In this document: positions 1 to 13,334 of the stretch, piece by piece
Layout of the letters: every line of letters starts with the position of its first letter
How positions within the stretch are numbered: the first letter of the stretch is position 1
NCBI GenBank assembly: GCA_951406725.2
Contig: OX597816.1
Coordinates: forward strand, 88,102,001-88,166,000
Direction: 5' to 3'
From: Octopus vulgaris
Taxonomy: Eukaryota
DNA: 64,000 nucleotides
The notes under the pieces: generated by a model
Database searches by the model: none
What the model saw: only the letters and a program-made list of their open reading frames with translations
What the model was told of the DNA's origin: nothing
Program-made: the position numbers and the translations under genes

Positions 1-96
1 ATGCATACATGCATATATACATGATTGCATACATACATACATACATACATACATACATACATACATACATACATACATACATACATACATACATAC
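1..96. repeat. (TACA)n microsatellite
   Basis: Directly visible tetranucleotide array; similar arrays at 381-538, 27270-27400, 35866-35912, 36195-36350, 36466-36780, 57645-57704. Confidence 0.95.
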
Positions 97-99
97 TAA

Positions 100-381
100 C
101 ATATTCATACCAATAATAATTGGAGCACTAGGTTTTGTTTGTAAATGCTTAAAGGGGAATCTGGATAAACTGGGATTTTCAGAAAGAGAAATCGACCGGC
201 TAATTTGTATATTACAAGTGCAATCTGTGAATGGAACAGTAAAAATATGCAAGACTTTTCTCAAGTTCCAAATGTGAATCTGTTTGTGTTAACTACATCT
301 CAAAGATGGAGCCGTGTCTCTTTGTTGGAAACAGGCTCCTTCTTCAGTGGAAGATTTATAATAATTAAAAAATAGAAGAGA
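100..381 (+). mobile_element. 3' end of an RLE-type (R4/Dong-like) non-LTR retrotransposon, 5'-truncated, between (TACA)n arrays
   Basis: Translates IFIPIIIGALGFVCKCLKGNLDKLGFSEREIDRLICILQVQSVNGTVKICKTFLKFQM*. PxxIGALG is the typical C-terminal motif after the RLE domain. The 3'UTR has a GGAGCC...GGCTCC stem-loop and runs into (TACA)n. Confidence 0.75.
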
Positions 382-720
382 CATACATACATACATACAT
401 ACATACATACATACATACATACATACATACATAAATACATGCATACATACATACATACATACATACATACATACATACATACATACATACATACATACAT
501 ACATACATACGTACGTACATACATACATGCATACATACAAGCTGATTCGAAGACTACAGATGCAAGCCATCGCTGGAACTGTAAAAATATGTAAAACTTT
601 CCAGAAGTTTATTATTTAAGTATATACGAACCTGTTTAGATATGCAGCTTTATGCATGAGAAGACATACATAAAACAAAGCATACAAATCTGCACATATA
701 CTTACATACATGCAAAAATA

Positions 721-2688
721 GGATCTAGGACAATTCGCTGTAAGGCATTTCGCCGTAGGACAATTCGCCGTAAGACAATTCACCGTACGGATATCTTGCC
801 GCAAGGACGTTTTGTAGTAAAGCAGAAGAAGAGAAGGATAAATAATAAAGATAAAAATAATGAAGGTCATACACTTGATTTAAAAAATTAGGCTAAAAAA
901 CTAAAACGCTAAGATTCATGTAAGTTCATTGAAAATGCACGCGAATAATGTTTTTGACAATGCTTAGTTTGCACTAATAAGCATCTTGGTATTTTTATTG
1001 GTTTTTAGTTTCTTCTCTTGCAGCATCGTTCACCTTCTTTTTAGAAAGGGACTCTTCATTGTCAAGGCATTGATAAGTTTCCATAAATTTGGATGAGTAT
1101 TTGTAACGGATGCTTGCAGCGCATTATGGAAACCTTCTAATCCATTGTTGGCATTAGCCAGCTGATTTAGGGTTCTTTCATACATATTCCAAAGACCGAT
1201 AGGAAAAGTAGGAAGAACTCTACATCTACGAGCTCCTCTGCCTCTCTCCTCACCAATGTAATGCGTTTCAATATATGCCACAAGTTCTTGCGGCAAGTCA
1301 TCGTCATCCACAAGCTCTATAAATGCATTGATGGTGGCTGGAGGCAGGATGAATGCAAGAGCCGTAAGGCACTTTACTTTTGTGTTAAAATCACAATCAG
1401 TTTAATATCGCACCTCAAGATCAATATCTGTCACCTTTTTGTAAATATTTTTAAAGAAATGAAAAAAAAAATTCTGTTATATTTACAAATGGAAAATTGT
1501 CAAAAAAACTTAGGAAACTAGCTTGTTCAAAATCAATCATTAGATTTTCCAGTCTTAGGGATTGGAGCAAACATTTAACCTTTTGAAAAAAACCAATTGT
1601 ATGAGTCAAGAGTTTCATTCGGAAGGAGACCTTAAATTCGAGAGATGCATGCATGTCCTATGTTGTCATGTAGAGTGTAATTGATAATACTTTTCTGGAC
1701 AAACCTTAAATGTTGCATCACATGCCCAATTCTTATATACTTCTAGATCGTGCAACCCTGCAGTCGTACCAAAATTCAACATTGTATTTTCGTCTTCCAC
1801 CCCACTATCGTAGAGTAAAATCTTTCTGTTTTGTAGCCACGTAAATTCTTCGGGAATTACATAGCCGATTCTTGATCTAGGTATAGGAAGGGCCTTTTCT
1901 TTCATTTGTCCCCATCTTCTAATGTTTCTTGATAAACATGAAGTTGATGTTCATAAGAGAGAGTCCATCATCCTCTAATTCCTCACATGCGGCACCGATC
2001 AAAGATCTTGAAGCTAACTGGAATTTAAGTGCATTTTCTTTCATATTCGCTATTACTTCTTGCATTTTTGGTTGGCTAGGATTCGATGGATGTGTATATT
2101 CACTTACATGCAATTTTACAAATAGAAATCACTTCACTATTCAATTTTGTATGAGCTCTTGCTTTACAGTTTCTTATCAACAGACTGCCAATAAACCTTG
2201 CCCCTATATTTTCTTTCTTGCCTATAAATAAATTTAGAATCGTCTACGAGCTTATCACAACCTCTGTTGTTTTTAATAGTGTACGGCATCGTAAGGGTTT
2301 AAGTTTCAACTTTTAAAGAAAAATAATGTAAATAATGTAAACGGTCGTGGTAACCTCTGAAAAACAAGCCTTTTGCTTTTGAATTTTCAAGAAAAGCTTG
2401 TTATTGTTAAATAAATGTTAAACGACCTTTCTGATTTGAAATTACTACTTCAGCATTAACGGTGCAGTTTCAAATTTAAAATACCTTTCTGTCTTTAAAT
2501 TATCATTTCAGTAATTACCGAAAATGACTGCTGTAAATACTATTACTTTATCTATCTTATTTAATTACCGACGCAATTTCAAAGTGTCCTTGCAGCGAAA
2601 CATCTGTACGGTGAATTGTCTTATGGCGAATAATCCTACGGCCAATTGTCCCACGGTGGATTTGTTTACGGCAAATTGTCTGGTCACC
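721..2688 (-). mobile_element. Mutator-like (MULE) DNA transposon with TIRs
   Basis: Imperfect TIRs ~721-810 / ~2584-2688 built from ~15-bp subrepeats (GACAATTCGCCGTAA), GG...CC termini, and a degenerate 9-bp TSD GCAAAAATA (712-720) / ACAAATATA (2689-2697). Confidence 0.85.
909..2289 (-). pseudogene. Frameshifted FLYWCH-MULE DDE transposase
   Basis: Fragments in order on the minus strand: MPYTIKNNRGCDKLVD (start 2289), YTHPS, WACDATFKVCPEKYYQLH (DGTF motif), MIDFEQA, NNGLEGFHNAL...HPNLWKLI. These are standard MULE motifs, broken by stops and frameshifts. Confidence 0.88.
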
Positions 2689-4810
2689 ACAAATATATCC
2701 TGTTGTTGATGTTGAAATTCCAATGAAGGAGCATTGGATCTAGGTTAGAAACCAGCTCTTTCTCTATTGGCAAGAAATCTTGGAATAAATGACATACATG
2801 ATTCTTGGAAAGATCTGTCGGTATGTTTATCAAAGAGGATAAAATGATACAGGAACAACACAAATATTCAACATTTATTGTCCGGAATCTCTTATTATTC
2901 CCACTAATTTTTCACTAATATATACAGGCACTTGTATTTCATCTAATTATTTAAGTAAAGTTTAATGATTGTTTAATTAAGAATGTGTAGACGAAGGTGA
3001 TCACCTTTGGTTCGGGAAAAAACATAAACCCGAAAAGTCTTCGGAACCAAAGGCACTGAAAAATCAATGTGGTACATGTATTGTGATACCCAACCATTTA
3101 GAATTCAGTGCAAAGCAGCTACGCCACGAAGCCATATTCTTTGAGAAGAAATATACTGCACTTCTCAGAAAATAAACAACCCATTAATGTGAATGGTAAA
3201 TAACAGTATCAAGCACCCAGTAGATTCTGCCCTTGAGAAAATTACTAAAAATTTGAACTACAACGAAAACAAAATCGATAACAATAACACAGAGTTAAAG
3301 TTGCAGCCATTTAACAGAAAAACTTTAGCCGCTACCGAATAGATCGAAACGAGTGAAGAATACAAACAAGTAAAAACACAGCTAACAACTCGCAGCAGGA
3401 TTTGAGGAGGCCCTCATTATTTACATCAAGCTACAAAATAGAAGACTGATTACAGTCAATAGAAAACCTAACGATTTCATGTTATGTTATCCGTAATTGA
3501 TCAAGTTGATTAAAACTATCATGTATAAATTCAATTTCACAGTATTCAGACACTGAACTGTATGTTATTGTAGTTGCCAATCTCCAAAAGACGGAGATAT
3601 CTAAGACTGCCTGAACCTATCTTTTTATCGTGGTCATTAGTTACTCTAGATTAGCAGTCTTCATGACAACCTGATCAAGCTTTGATGACAATCTAGTTCT
3701 TCGTGGACTAAGCTACTATACTCGAGCCCATTACAATCTTTCTTCCCCCTCACTGAAGTTGTCTTTGCCATCAATTGCTTCTCCAATGGTGTGGACGTGG
3801 GTTCTTGGATTTGCTCTGAGTGCACTAACCTGTTTGTTGTTTACCTTGAAGCCCAAATTGTTTCATAAGTCCCCGTCCCAGATTTATATGGTTATAATCT
3901 GTATAATGGCATCACTTTACCTGAAAAACACGCCCATCTCTTTCACTACCTCCATTAATCACTTTCCTTTTATATTTCCAACTCTTAACACTTAACCAAC
4001 TTCTTTGACATCTCAGTTTCACTTAATCACCCCAAACTCTCCACTAATCTCTTTTATAAACCTGCAGACCCTCATTCATACTTCATTTCTCTATGTCTCA
4101 TGTCATTTGCTCTAAATCAGGCAAGGACTTCTAAAAGTTTTGCCCAGTCTATGCTCTCTGTAGCTAGACTCTGATTTCAAGGTCAGGTCTCACCAAATGG
4201 TCTACTTTTCTCTCCAACGAGCATACTTCCAGTCAGTGGTATGTGTCCTTACCTACAATTCCATATTCCCGACAACACCCATCCTATTCTCTCCTCCATT
4301 CACATTTTATCCCACCACTCAACCTCTACACCGCGCCATTAGAATGTGACATATGTCTATGTCTATGACATTAGACATATGTCTCCCCCAAACTGACTTT
4401 ACCACTGTCATTCCTGAACATATTCATTTCTTCAAACACTACTATAGTAACCATAGAGATTTAATATTCTCCCACAATCTGTCTTATTCAACATCAAACA
4501 CTTGCCTTCTTCCTCGTTTACCTTGAGAAAAATGTCACTTCACTCGGTTTCCTGACAAGTCTCTTTGTTGACTGTCCATGTTACTAAGCGTTTACTTATA
4601 TCTCTAAATTATTGAGTCTATGGAATTAAATTGTAATTCTGTGGCTTATTACAAATATAAGAGAAAGGATTTTGACTGGAAGGTTTTAAGATCATGTACT
4701 GAATGTCCGGCTAGGTAGCAACGGTCCATTTAAACCCACTGCTGGCCTCTTTCAACTTTACAAACCTCACTTCATTCTCTTTATCTTGTTTGGCGTCTCC
4801 AATAACACCG

Positions 4811-5070
4811 TGAGTGGAACCGTGTGACTTAGCAGTAGGGATGCTGCCCTCATGATCGTAAGGTTGTGATTTCGATTCCTAGACCGGACGTGCGTTGTAA
4901 TTTTGAATAAACATTTTACTCCAAGTTGCTCCGGTCCACTCAGCTGGCAAAAATGAATAATCCTGTGAGGGACCAGTGTCCCATCCAGGATGAGGTGGGG
5001 AGTATAGACACCAAAGAAACCGGAAAAACAGTCTTATGAGTTTATATGTCTCGATGTAAAGCACTAGACC
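4811..5070 (+). mobile_element. tRNA-derived SINE, group B tail 1 (degenerate)
   Basis: A/B-box-like head and core GTTGCTCCRGTCCACTCAGCTGGCAAAAATGA; homologous to 34639-34901. Confidence 0.7.
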
Positions 5071-6582
5071 TCTTCACAACTAACAAATATTACTTCCTCG
5101 CTCCTGGTGATGTCAATAATTGATTACTTTTTCTTTACTCCTCCAGTAAAAATAAAAGACCTCTCATACATCCTCCAACAGTTTCGCTCCTATCATTATT
5201 CCACCGAAAATATTTGTTACTAAATAACCCCACACTCACTCACTCATTCACACAGTCACACACCCACGTAGGTATTCACAATATTTGTCTTGATTCATTC
5301 GCATCGCTACTTTCTATTACATATTCCGCTCACACCCACTAAGAAAACTACTCAGACACCAAGTTCTTTCAGCGTATGGCCACAATATATTCATCTCACA
5401 CAACGCTTTCCTTTACTCTTTCCAACTTCCGTTTGCTGTGTAGCTCACATATACATTTTTCATTATCAAGAATTATTCTCACTTCATCTCTAGCAATGAA
5501 TCTTGAAAATGGAGACTTTGTCCGAAACGTCGTTATTTACTCTTTTTTTTCGCAGTGTATTGACTGTTTTACTGTTGATTTCTGCTTCCTTTCCTTCATA
5601 ATTTATCCCTATCTTAAGTATCACCACCGGATTATAACCAACTGCGCCTGCAATCGAATGATAATGATGATGACTAGCTTTTTGACATGCAAGTAAAGGA
5701 ACCGCAGCCTGGTTGATTGCTCTGCCACAAATAGCATTCAATTTCTTCTCAAATAAAAGAAAGGGATGGGGATAATAAAGGATTCAATGCCATTGATCAT
5801 CGTTACGTTCGTTCAGAACAAAAAATGGGATTATACAACAACAGTAATAAATGCATTTTTGAAATTAAAAGATTCCATAATGAGAATAGTCAGACATTTC
5901 TAGGTGCAATTTCAGTAAAAACCCGAGTGATTTATTAACAATGATAGTTGCTTTTGACCGCCTACATGGCTAATGTACTTCCAAGAAGTTAGCCATTGGA
6001 AAACAAGTCATCAAACGTCCACAGACGTCAATTCACACGTACACAAACATGCTCACACACACACGCACGCACACGCACGCACACACACACGCACACACAC
6101 ACAAGCACACACATGTATATGCATAGATATATTTATATATATATATATATATACACACGCATACATACATACACTAATTCTTCTGTCTTCAGCAGCACTG
6201 GTAGACACAAGTTATACATAATTTGATATTTAAAAAATCTTAACCGTTTACATTATAGCTAATTACAATACATTTCCTGGGGCTGCTTAGTCATAAAAAT
6301 AAGAGATTGTCAGTGTCATAATGGATTGTGTCAGACGATAGCAACAACAGCATATCAGCTGGTTGTTAAGAAACTAGCAAATTGTATAATATTTTCATGT
6401 GACGTTGCGAGGAGACTATATTATTAAGCTCAACCACAAATGATTTATTTGCTTTTGTTATAGCCAAAGTTGATCCGGGTCTACTTGTCTACATGTATAC
6501 ATGTATGGTCATTCTGCAAGCAAGTTATAAATGGTTCGCGCCCTGTCGTGCGGTCTATTTTATGTATCCTAAACTGTAATCG

Positions 6583-6679
<97 letters not shown>

Positions 6680-6681
<2 letters not shown>

Positions 6682-6890
6682 AATGTTTTGCGTAACAAGA
6701 TAAAAAAAACCAAGGCTGTGTAGATATTAAAGCATTTATAGATAGAAGGCCTTACAGCTGTTTCTAGAATATTTATTAATTATATCCCTTCATCGGAGAC
6801 GGTGTGAGAGGATGGTTAAGTCATAGTTAGTTTAGATGTGTTACAAAATAGAGAGTGAGGTGGAGGAAAGAAAATAGATGCAATTGATAT
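6680..6890 (-). mobile_element. PLE-derived terminal fragment ending in (TA)n, containing an HHR motif
   Basis: Abuts the (TA)n array at 6588-6679 and carries the hammerhead motif at 6749-6800. Confidence 0.5.
6749..6800 (-). ncRNA. Minimal type I hammerhead ribozyme motif (U4C substitution)
   Basis: Minus strand: GTCT-CCGATGA-AGGGATATA..TATTCTA-GAAA-CAGCTG-TA-AGGC. Stem I GUCU/AGGC, palindromic stem III ACAGCUGU, GUA cleavage triplet. Confidence 0.6.
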
Positions 6891-6892
6891 GA

Positions 6893-7195
6893 ATGACCAT
6901 GACATTGTACCTAGAAACTGCCTCTCCTAGGCACAAGTCCAAACAAGGTTGTTTTTATGGAAGACCAACAGTCGCCCATGCATACCAGCTTCCCCTCTCC
7001 ACACCACCGATGTTATCCAAGGGAAAAGCCGATGCAGCTTGGCACCAGTGATGTGGCAACTCATTTCTACAGCGGAGTCAATTGGAGCAACGTGAAATAA
7101 AGTACCTTGCTCAAGAACCAACACACAAACCGGTTCAGGAATCCAAATAATAGCCTCGTGATAGTGAGCCCGAGGCCCTAACCACCGAACCATGC
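6893..7195 (-). mobile_element. tRNA-derived SINE, group B tail 2
   Basis: tRNA-like head at ~7195-7130, shared CACGTTGCTCC..AGCTG/GCGG core; tail homologous to 25060-25400. Confidence 0.8.
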
Positions 7196-7206
7196 ATCTT
7201 CATATA

Positions 7207-7565
<359 letters not shown>

Positions 7566-8199
7566 GTGTGTGCGTGTATGTGTGTGTGATGTAGGTAAGG
7601 AGAAGATCCAAACTGTGTATGTAGCTGTTGTCATTGTTATATTAATTTGAGGTATTTTTCAGATTCTTGTTTTTATACTAAAATGTGTGTGTGTGTGTGT
7701 TTGTGTGTCAGCTCGCGCGGGTGTGTGCATCTGTCTTTGTGTGTGTTTGTGTGATATGGCGACTGATATTATGCAGCATAAAACTCCTATCTCTTGGACA
7801 GCGTTAGCAATTCAACATCGAACATTGCCACATAGGTGACAGGTAAATTACGACTGCTTGCTATATATTGTGTGCCCTAAAGTGAGAGGAAGCCACCGAA
7901 GTGGCAGTATTACAATGTTGCGGGTGGATACGGTAATTTATCCAGTGCATCAAATAGTCTGCCATTTATTACTACGTCCCAAAATGCTTGCGTCTTGACA
8001 AATGCTTTAGTTACAAAACACAAAAATACAGAAAAAAGCAAAAACAAAAAAAGCAAAAGTACCTGTGTATCACATTTTACACTGACATTTGCTTAGCGAC
8101 TCTATAAATATTTCACTCATAGTAAGAGTTTGTAATATTGAATTTATTTCCGTTCTCTATATTCGCACTGTCTGTATCTTGCATAATATATATCATTTT

Positions 8200-8375
8200 A
8201 AACCGGTAAACTCGACGCATTTTTCTCTCTCTCTATTTTTTTCCTCTCATCACGTTTCTGTCGAAGAGCGTAGGCTTGAAAAGTCAAAGACTTTTAAATT
8301 ATTCTCGAGCGTCAAACTAATACACTTGTTTGTTGTTCCCTCACTTGTTTTCGTCTTTTGTTTTCTGCAGATTTG

Positions 8376-8378
<3 letters not shown>
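8200..8378 (+). mobile_element. Family A HHR-bearing repeat with decayed HHR at 8254-8289
   Basis: TTT-CTGTCGA-AGAGCGTAGGCTT-GAAA-AG-TC-AAAG; downstream tail shared with the 10760 and 30277 copies; ends at (TA)n. Confidence 0.65.
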
Positions 8379-8430
<52 letters not shown>

Positions 8431-8988
8431 CATTTTTATACTCCCACACACGCACACACATTTATGTGTGTATGTATGTATGTATGTATGTATTTATGAA
8501 TGTATATATGCATGCATGTATATATTTATGTATAGGAGAATTTATTTTGACAGAAACTACGTCATGCACTACGACAGAAATTGTAAATAACTCTTTTTTC
8601 ATTCTCTCTATCTTTTACACTTTCTTACTTTTTTTAAATAAAATCTCAGTGCGACTAAACGTTCAAACATGTATATTTGTTATGATCTTATATCACTATC
8701 TAATTCCGTGAAACTCACTGGAATTTCTGTGAACATTTTAATATTTGATCGTTTAAAAATTGTTTTTCCGAATTTAACCTTGTAACTTTAAACTCTCCAA
8801 AACCCCTTTGATATTTTTTGTACATTAATGGTAATTGATGTACAAAAAATATCGAAACTAGTTTGGTATTTGAATAAATCTATTGCGAAATTAAAAACGA
8901 CTACACGTTTTGAGATTCAGGTACATTTTTCAACCCCCAAACAAACTCTCCTAGTCTTTTTCAAGCGTGGGAATGCTCTTCTTTTCTC

Positions 8989-9080
<92 letters not shown>

Positions 9081-10014
9081 ACACATATATAATCCGAATA
9101 AAGTGACAAAGAAAATACTTTAACACATGCATAAGCACATGAAACACGCATAAACACACACAACACACACAAACGAAAATAACTTTAGCCCACATATACA
9201 CACTATACACAGGCTCACTATATGGTCACAGAGATACACACATACACACACACATATACCCAGGTGTACACATCACGTGAAAATTCCCACATCAACTGCT
9301 ACACACGTTACACAACCACACACATACACACACGTCAAATTTACTCGCCCCTATTCACACATTGGACAGAGATTGGACAATGTTTGAGCCCCAAGGCTTC
9401 TTCAGAGAGTCCAAATGTTAAGAAACTAACATGTGGGAACTTACTTTCCCACAATGTTTGTTCATCCCTGTATATCACTGACATGATGAGGATAACTTGG
9501 AAGATTTGGCTGCCTCATGGAAGAAACGGGTGTAAGAGTTTAGTATTTGTACACTCATCTATTATTCATTTGTTTCTATACATGTATCTCTTTACGCATT
9601 TATTGACTTATTTCATTTGTTTACTTGAATCACACATATGTTTGTAATCAATTAATAAATAGATATAATTGAATGTCTACTGGCTGATGTTTGTCGATTG
9701 TTTATCCCCTCCATTTTCTTATTTGCCTTATAAATTCTGGGTAAATTTCTAATTTACCCCCACCCATACTTAGTATTCAACTGCGATATTGCCATGCAAT
9801 AGTAAGCACATTGTTATAAATACGTAGGTACGCATCCAGTAGTATATTGGATATTTAATATATATATATATATAAATGTCCAGTGTCCTTAGATGGTCTA
9901 TGTTTTCGTTTCTCATTGTGTTCGACGTCCTTTTGGTGTCCTGTACTCATACAGATATGTACACACACACACACACACACATGTTTATACACACACACAC
10001 ACACACATTTTACC

Positions 10015-10075
<61 letters not shown>

Positions 10076-10540
10076 GAGGTGTTTTCTGTTAAGAACTTAG
10101 ATTAGAAATAGAGCTCGTTCACCCTTAGAATTCCCAAATAGCCGCTCGAATAATTATGGTATGCTACCAATTCTAGTCTTAGGTATTCCTCTTGTGTGAA
10201 AATATATATGCATATATGTGTGTAGGTGTCTCTGCATGTGAGTGTATGTGTGTGTGTGTATGAAAACATTCAGAGATGTATAGTATATCGGTGTGTAAGT
10301 GACTGTATAAGTATGAGCTAATCGATGAGTGTATTTTTCGTGATAATACAATTAGGCATGTGCAGAATAACATATGGAACTAAATAAATAAACAGACAAC
10401 GTGCTCATTGCCACTCATGTCGAACGTGATAACATACTCATAGCGAACGGATTGAAACCGTCAGCATTTGTTAGCTTCAAAGGAACCATAGATGTAATAG
10501 CATTAAAATCAAGATTTACTTACGGAGACAGCGAGTAAAT

Positions 10541-10675
10541 ATCACCTGAGGAGATACGTATGGAGCTTATTATACAGGTAAATCGTTACCTAATTTAATT
10601 CAATTTAAATTTAAATTTAAATTTAAATCCTGTATTTATACGTCGATCTATATGTATCGAAATATTTGTAGTGAT
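10541..10675 (+). ncRNA. Hammerhead-like motif with very long stem II
   Basis: ATCAC-CTGAGGA-GATACGTAT...ATATGTATC-GAAA-TAT-T(TGTA)-GTGAT. 9-bp closing stem II plus inner ATACAGG/CCTGTAT pairing; stem I register interrupted by 4 nt. Confidence 0.45.
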
Positions 10676-10759
10676 CATTAAAAAGCTGCCTAACCGTACT
10701 TTCTCTTCCTTTTGACTCTTTGACTCTTTACTTTATATATATATATATATATATATATC

Positions 10760-11088
<329 letters not shown>

Positions 11089-11111
11089 TGTGTGTGTGTG
11101 TGTATATAAAC

Positions 11112-11305
11112 TGGCATTCCGTCGGTTGTGACGATGAGGGTGCCAGTCGATTCTATCTACAGAACAGCCTGCTCGTGAAATTAACACACAAGTGGCTGAG
11201 TACTCTACACACACGTGAACCCCAGGGAGATTCAAAATAACACAGAGTGTGACAAGGCTCGACATTTGAAATGCAGGTACTACTCATTTTTTCCCGCTCA
11301 GTGGA
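11112..11305 (-). mobile_element. SINE group B tail 3, 5'-truncated
   Basis: Homologous to 42750-42925 and 43870-44087. Confidence 0.75.
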
Positions 11306-11581
11306 CTCATATACATACATATATGTGTGTGTGTGCGCGCGTGTGTGTGTGAGTGACTTTATATGCACACATTGCAAACCATCATATCTAGTTCACTGTA
11401 AGTGTCTCTGCTCCTCTGAACTAACCAAATACATACTCAATCCACGTTGGCTCATATATAAAAACACACCTTGTAGAACTTTCACCTCTATATCTGATGT
11501 ATCCACCGCATCTACTTGCGACTGTAGAAAATTCTCATAGTAGTCTACTCAGTCAATCTCCCTTTTTTCTCTCGCTCGCAG

Positions 11582-11654
<73 letters not shown>

Positions 11655-11738
11655 TATGTAAAGGTATATTTTATATATATATAGATATAGATATATATAG
11701 ATAGATATATGCATTTACAAACACACATATATATATAT

Positions 11739-11783
<45 letters not shown>

Positions 11784-13104
11784 TAATATACGTACATATA
11801 TTTATATGTATGTATATATTGAACTGCAAAAATGTGTACTGAACACAGGCAGAGTGAAGTGGATAAACAATTCTTTTTAATAGAATTGCTGTTACTTCTC
11901 TGAAACCTATGTTTTCTGCTGACAGAGTTCAGCGTTTTCTTAAGCGAGAATTCAAAACACGAATGTCACCCCGTCAGTTTTCGTGGGAGAATATGGTTCG
12001 TATTTTGAATTCTGGTTGGAAAAGAAAAAAAAAATAATGGTGATGTATGTTAGCAGGAATACATTTCTACTAGAGAAGTAACAAAAAACAAAAATTCTAT
12101 CAAAACCTACGTATCTATATATGTATGCATGTATGTATATATGTATATACGCATGCATGCGTATATGTATCTATATATGCATGTATGTATGCATGTATGT
12201 ATTTATGTATGTATGTGTGTATGTGCATATGTAATGTATGCGTGTTTGTATCTCTGCATGCATGTATTATTATGTATGTATATTTATATATATATACATA
12301 TATATATATACACAATATATACACATGTATATATACGTATATATATATATATATATATATATCCGTATATACACACATATATATACGTATATATACATAT
12401 ATATATACGTATATATTCATACACCCCCAAACACACATATATATATATGTATAGATTGATAGATAGATTGATACATTCGTGTATACATACATATGTACAC
12501 ATATACGCATCTATGTACATGCGCGTGTGTATATGTTACTGCATGTACGTGTGTATAAAGTGTTTACATAAAAACGAAATATATTAGCAGTTCACTGTTT
12601 ACTAGAAATTCAATGAATTTAGCTGTCATGGGAAGTCAGCAACATATATAAAACTATTGTTGAAAACTCTCTAACATCAGAGTCATGTGTGTATGTACCT
12701 CTGTCTGCTTTTATACGAGCAGTCGTGTACGTTTGTACGTATTTGTGTATTCTCCTTTCAGAATAGACCGGGTGAAAAATAAATTAACATTTATGCTGCA
12801 AACCAAATGAATAAATAAATGTATTTACACATAGACTTCTCTATATATATAAAATGAGTTTTGAAAAACTCTCCGGTAATCGTAACAATTCTTCATTCTC
12901 AAAAATATAAAATACACCCAAGGAGGTGTCGACGTATGGGTTTAACTTTTCGTCCGTCAGGGGTCGATGGAAACATATATACCAGTCACGAACGTAATGA
13001 GATGGTTACATTTCGTCGCACTTCCACGCAAAATTTTTGGCCGTCTGCCTATATGCAAAATAATCATCATCGTCATTATCATCATCAACATCATTGTCAT
13101 CGTC

Positions 13105-13325
13105 GGCTTTGTGTTGTGGCAGCGATGGCGGTGCTGGCGTGGCAGTTGCCGTTGTGGCGTGGCGGTTGCGGTTGTGGCGTGGCGGTTGCGTTTATAGCGT
13201 GGTGGTTGCCGTTATAGCGTGGCGGTTGCGGTTATGGCGCGGTGGTTGCGGTGATGGTATGGTGATGGTGGTGGAGTCGAAGGCGGAGGTAGCGTCGTCG
13301 TCGTCGCCATCGGTGCAGCGACAGT
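13105..13325. repeat. GC-rich ~20-bp degenerate minisatellite (GCGTGGCGGTTGCGGTTRTR)n grading into triplet repeats
   Basis: Directly visible tandem units. Confidence 0.75.
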
Positions 13326-13334
13326 GACATCATC

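Larger units (their letters stand above)
539..2792 (+). mobile_element. Second RLE-type retrotransposon 3' end (539-720 and 2689-2792), split by a MULE insertion
   Basis: KLIRRLQMQAIAGTVKICKTFQKFII* at 539-619. The 3'UTR resumes after the MULE (CCTGTTGTTGATGTTGAAATTCC...) and is colinear with the uninterrupted copy at 35918-36465. Confidence 0.75.

Noticed and set aside
300-353. CTGAAGA followed by a strong hairpin on the minus strand (hammerhead-like)
   Set aside because: No GAAA or stem III follows the hairpin; it is better explained as the retrotransposon 3'UTR stem-loop.
3730-4560. Pyrimidine-rich stretch suggestive of an old minus-strand LINE
   Set aside because: No unambiguous RT or endonuclease motif could be read.
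9372-9410. Minus-strand CTGAAGA-AGCC-TTGG-GGCT-CAAA-CATTG-TC near-hammerhead
   Set aside because: G12 is missing and there is no stem I complementarity.
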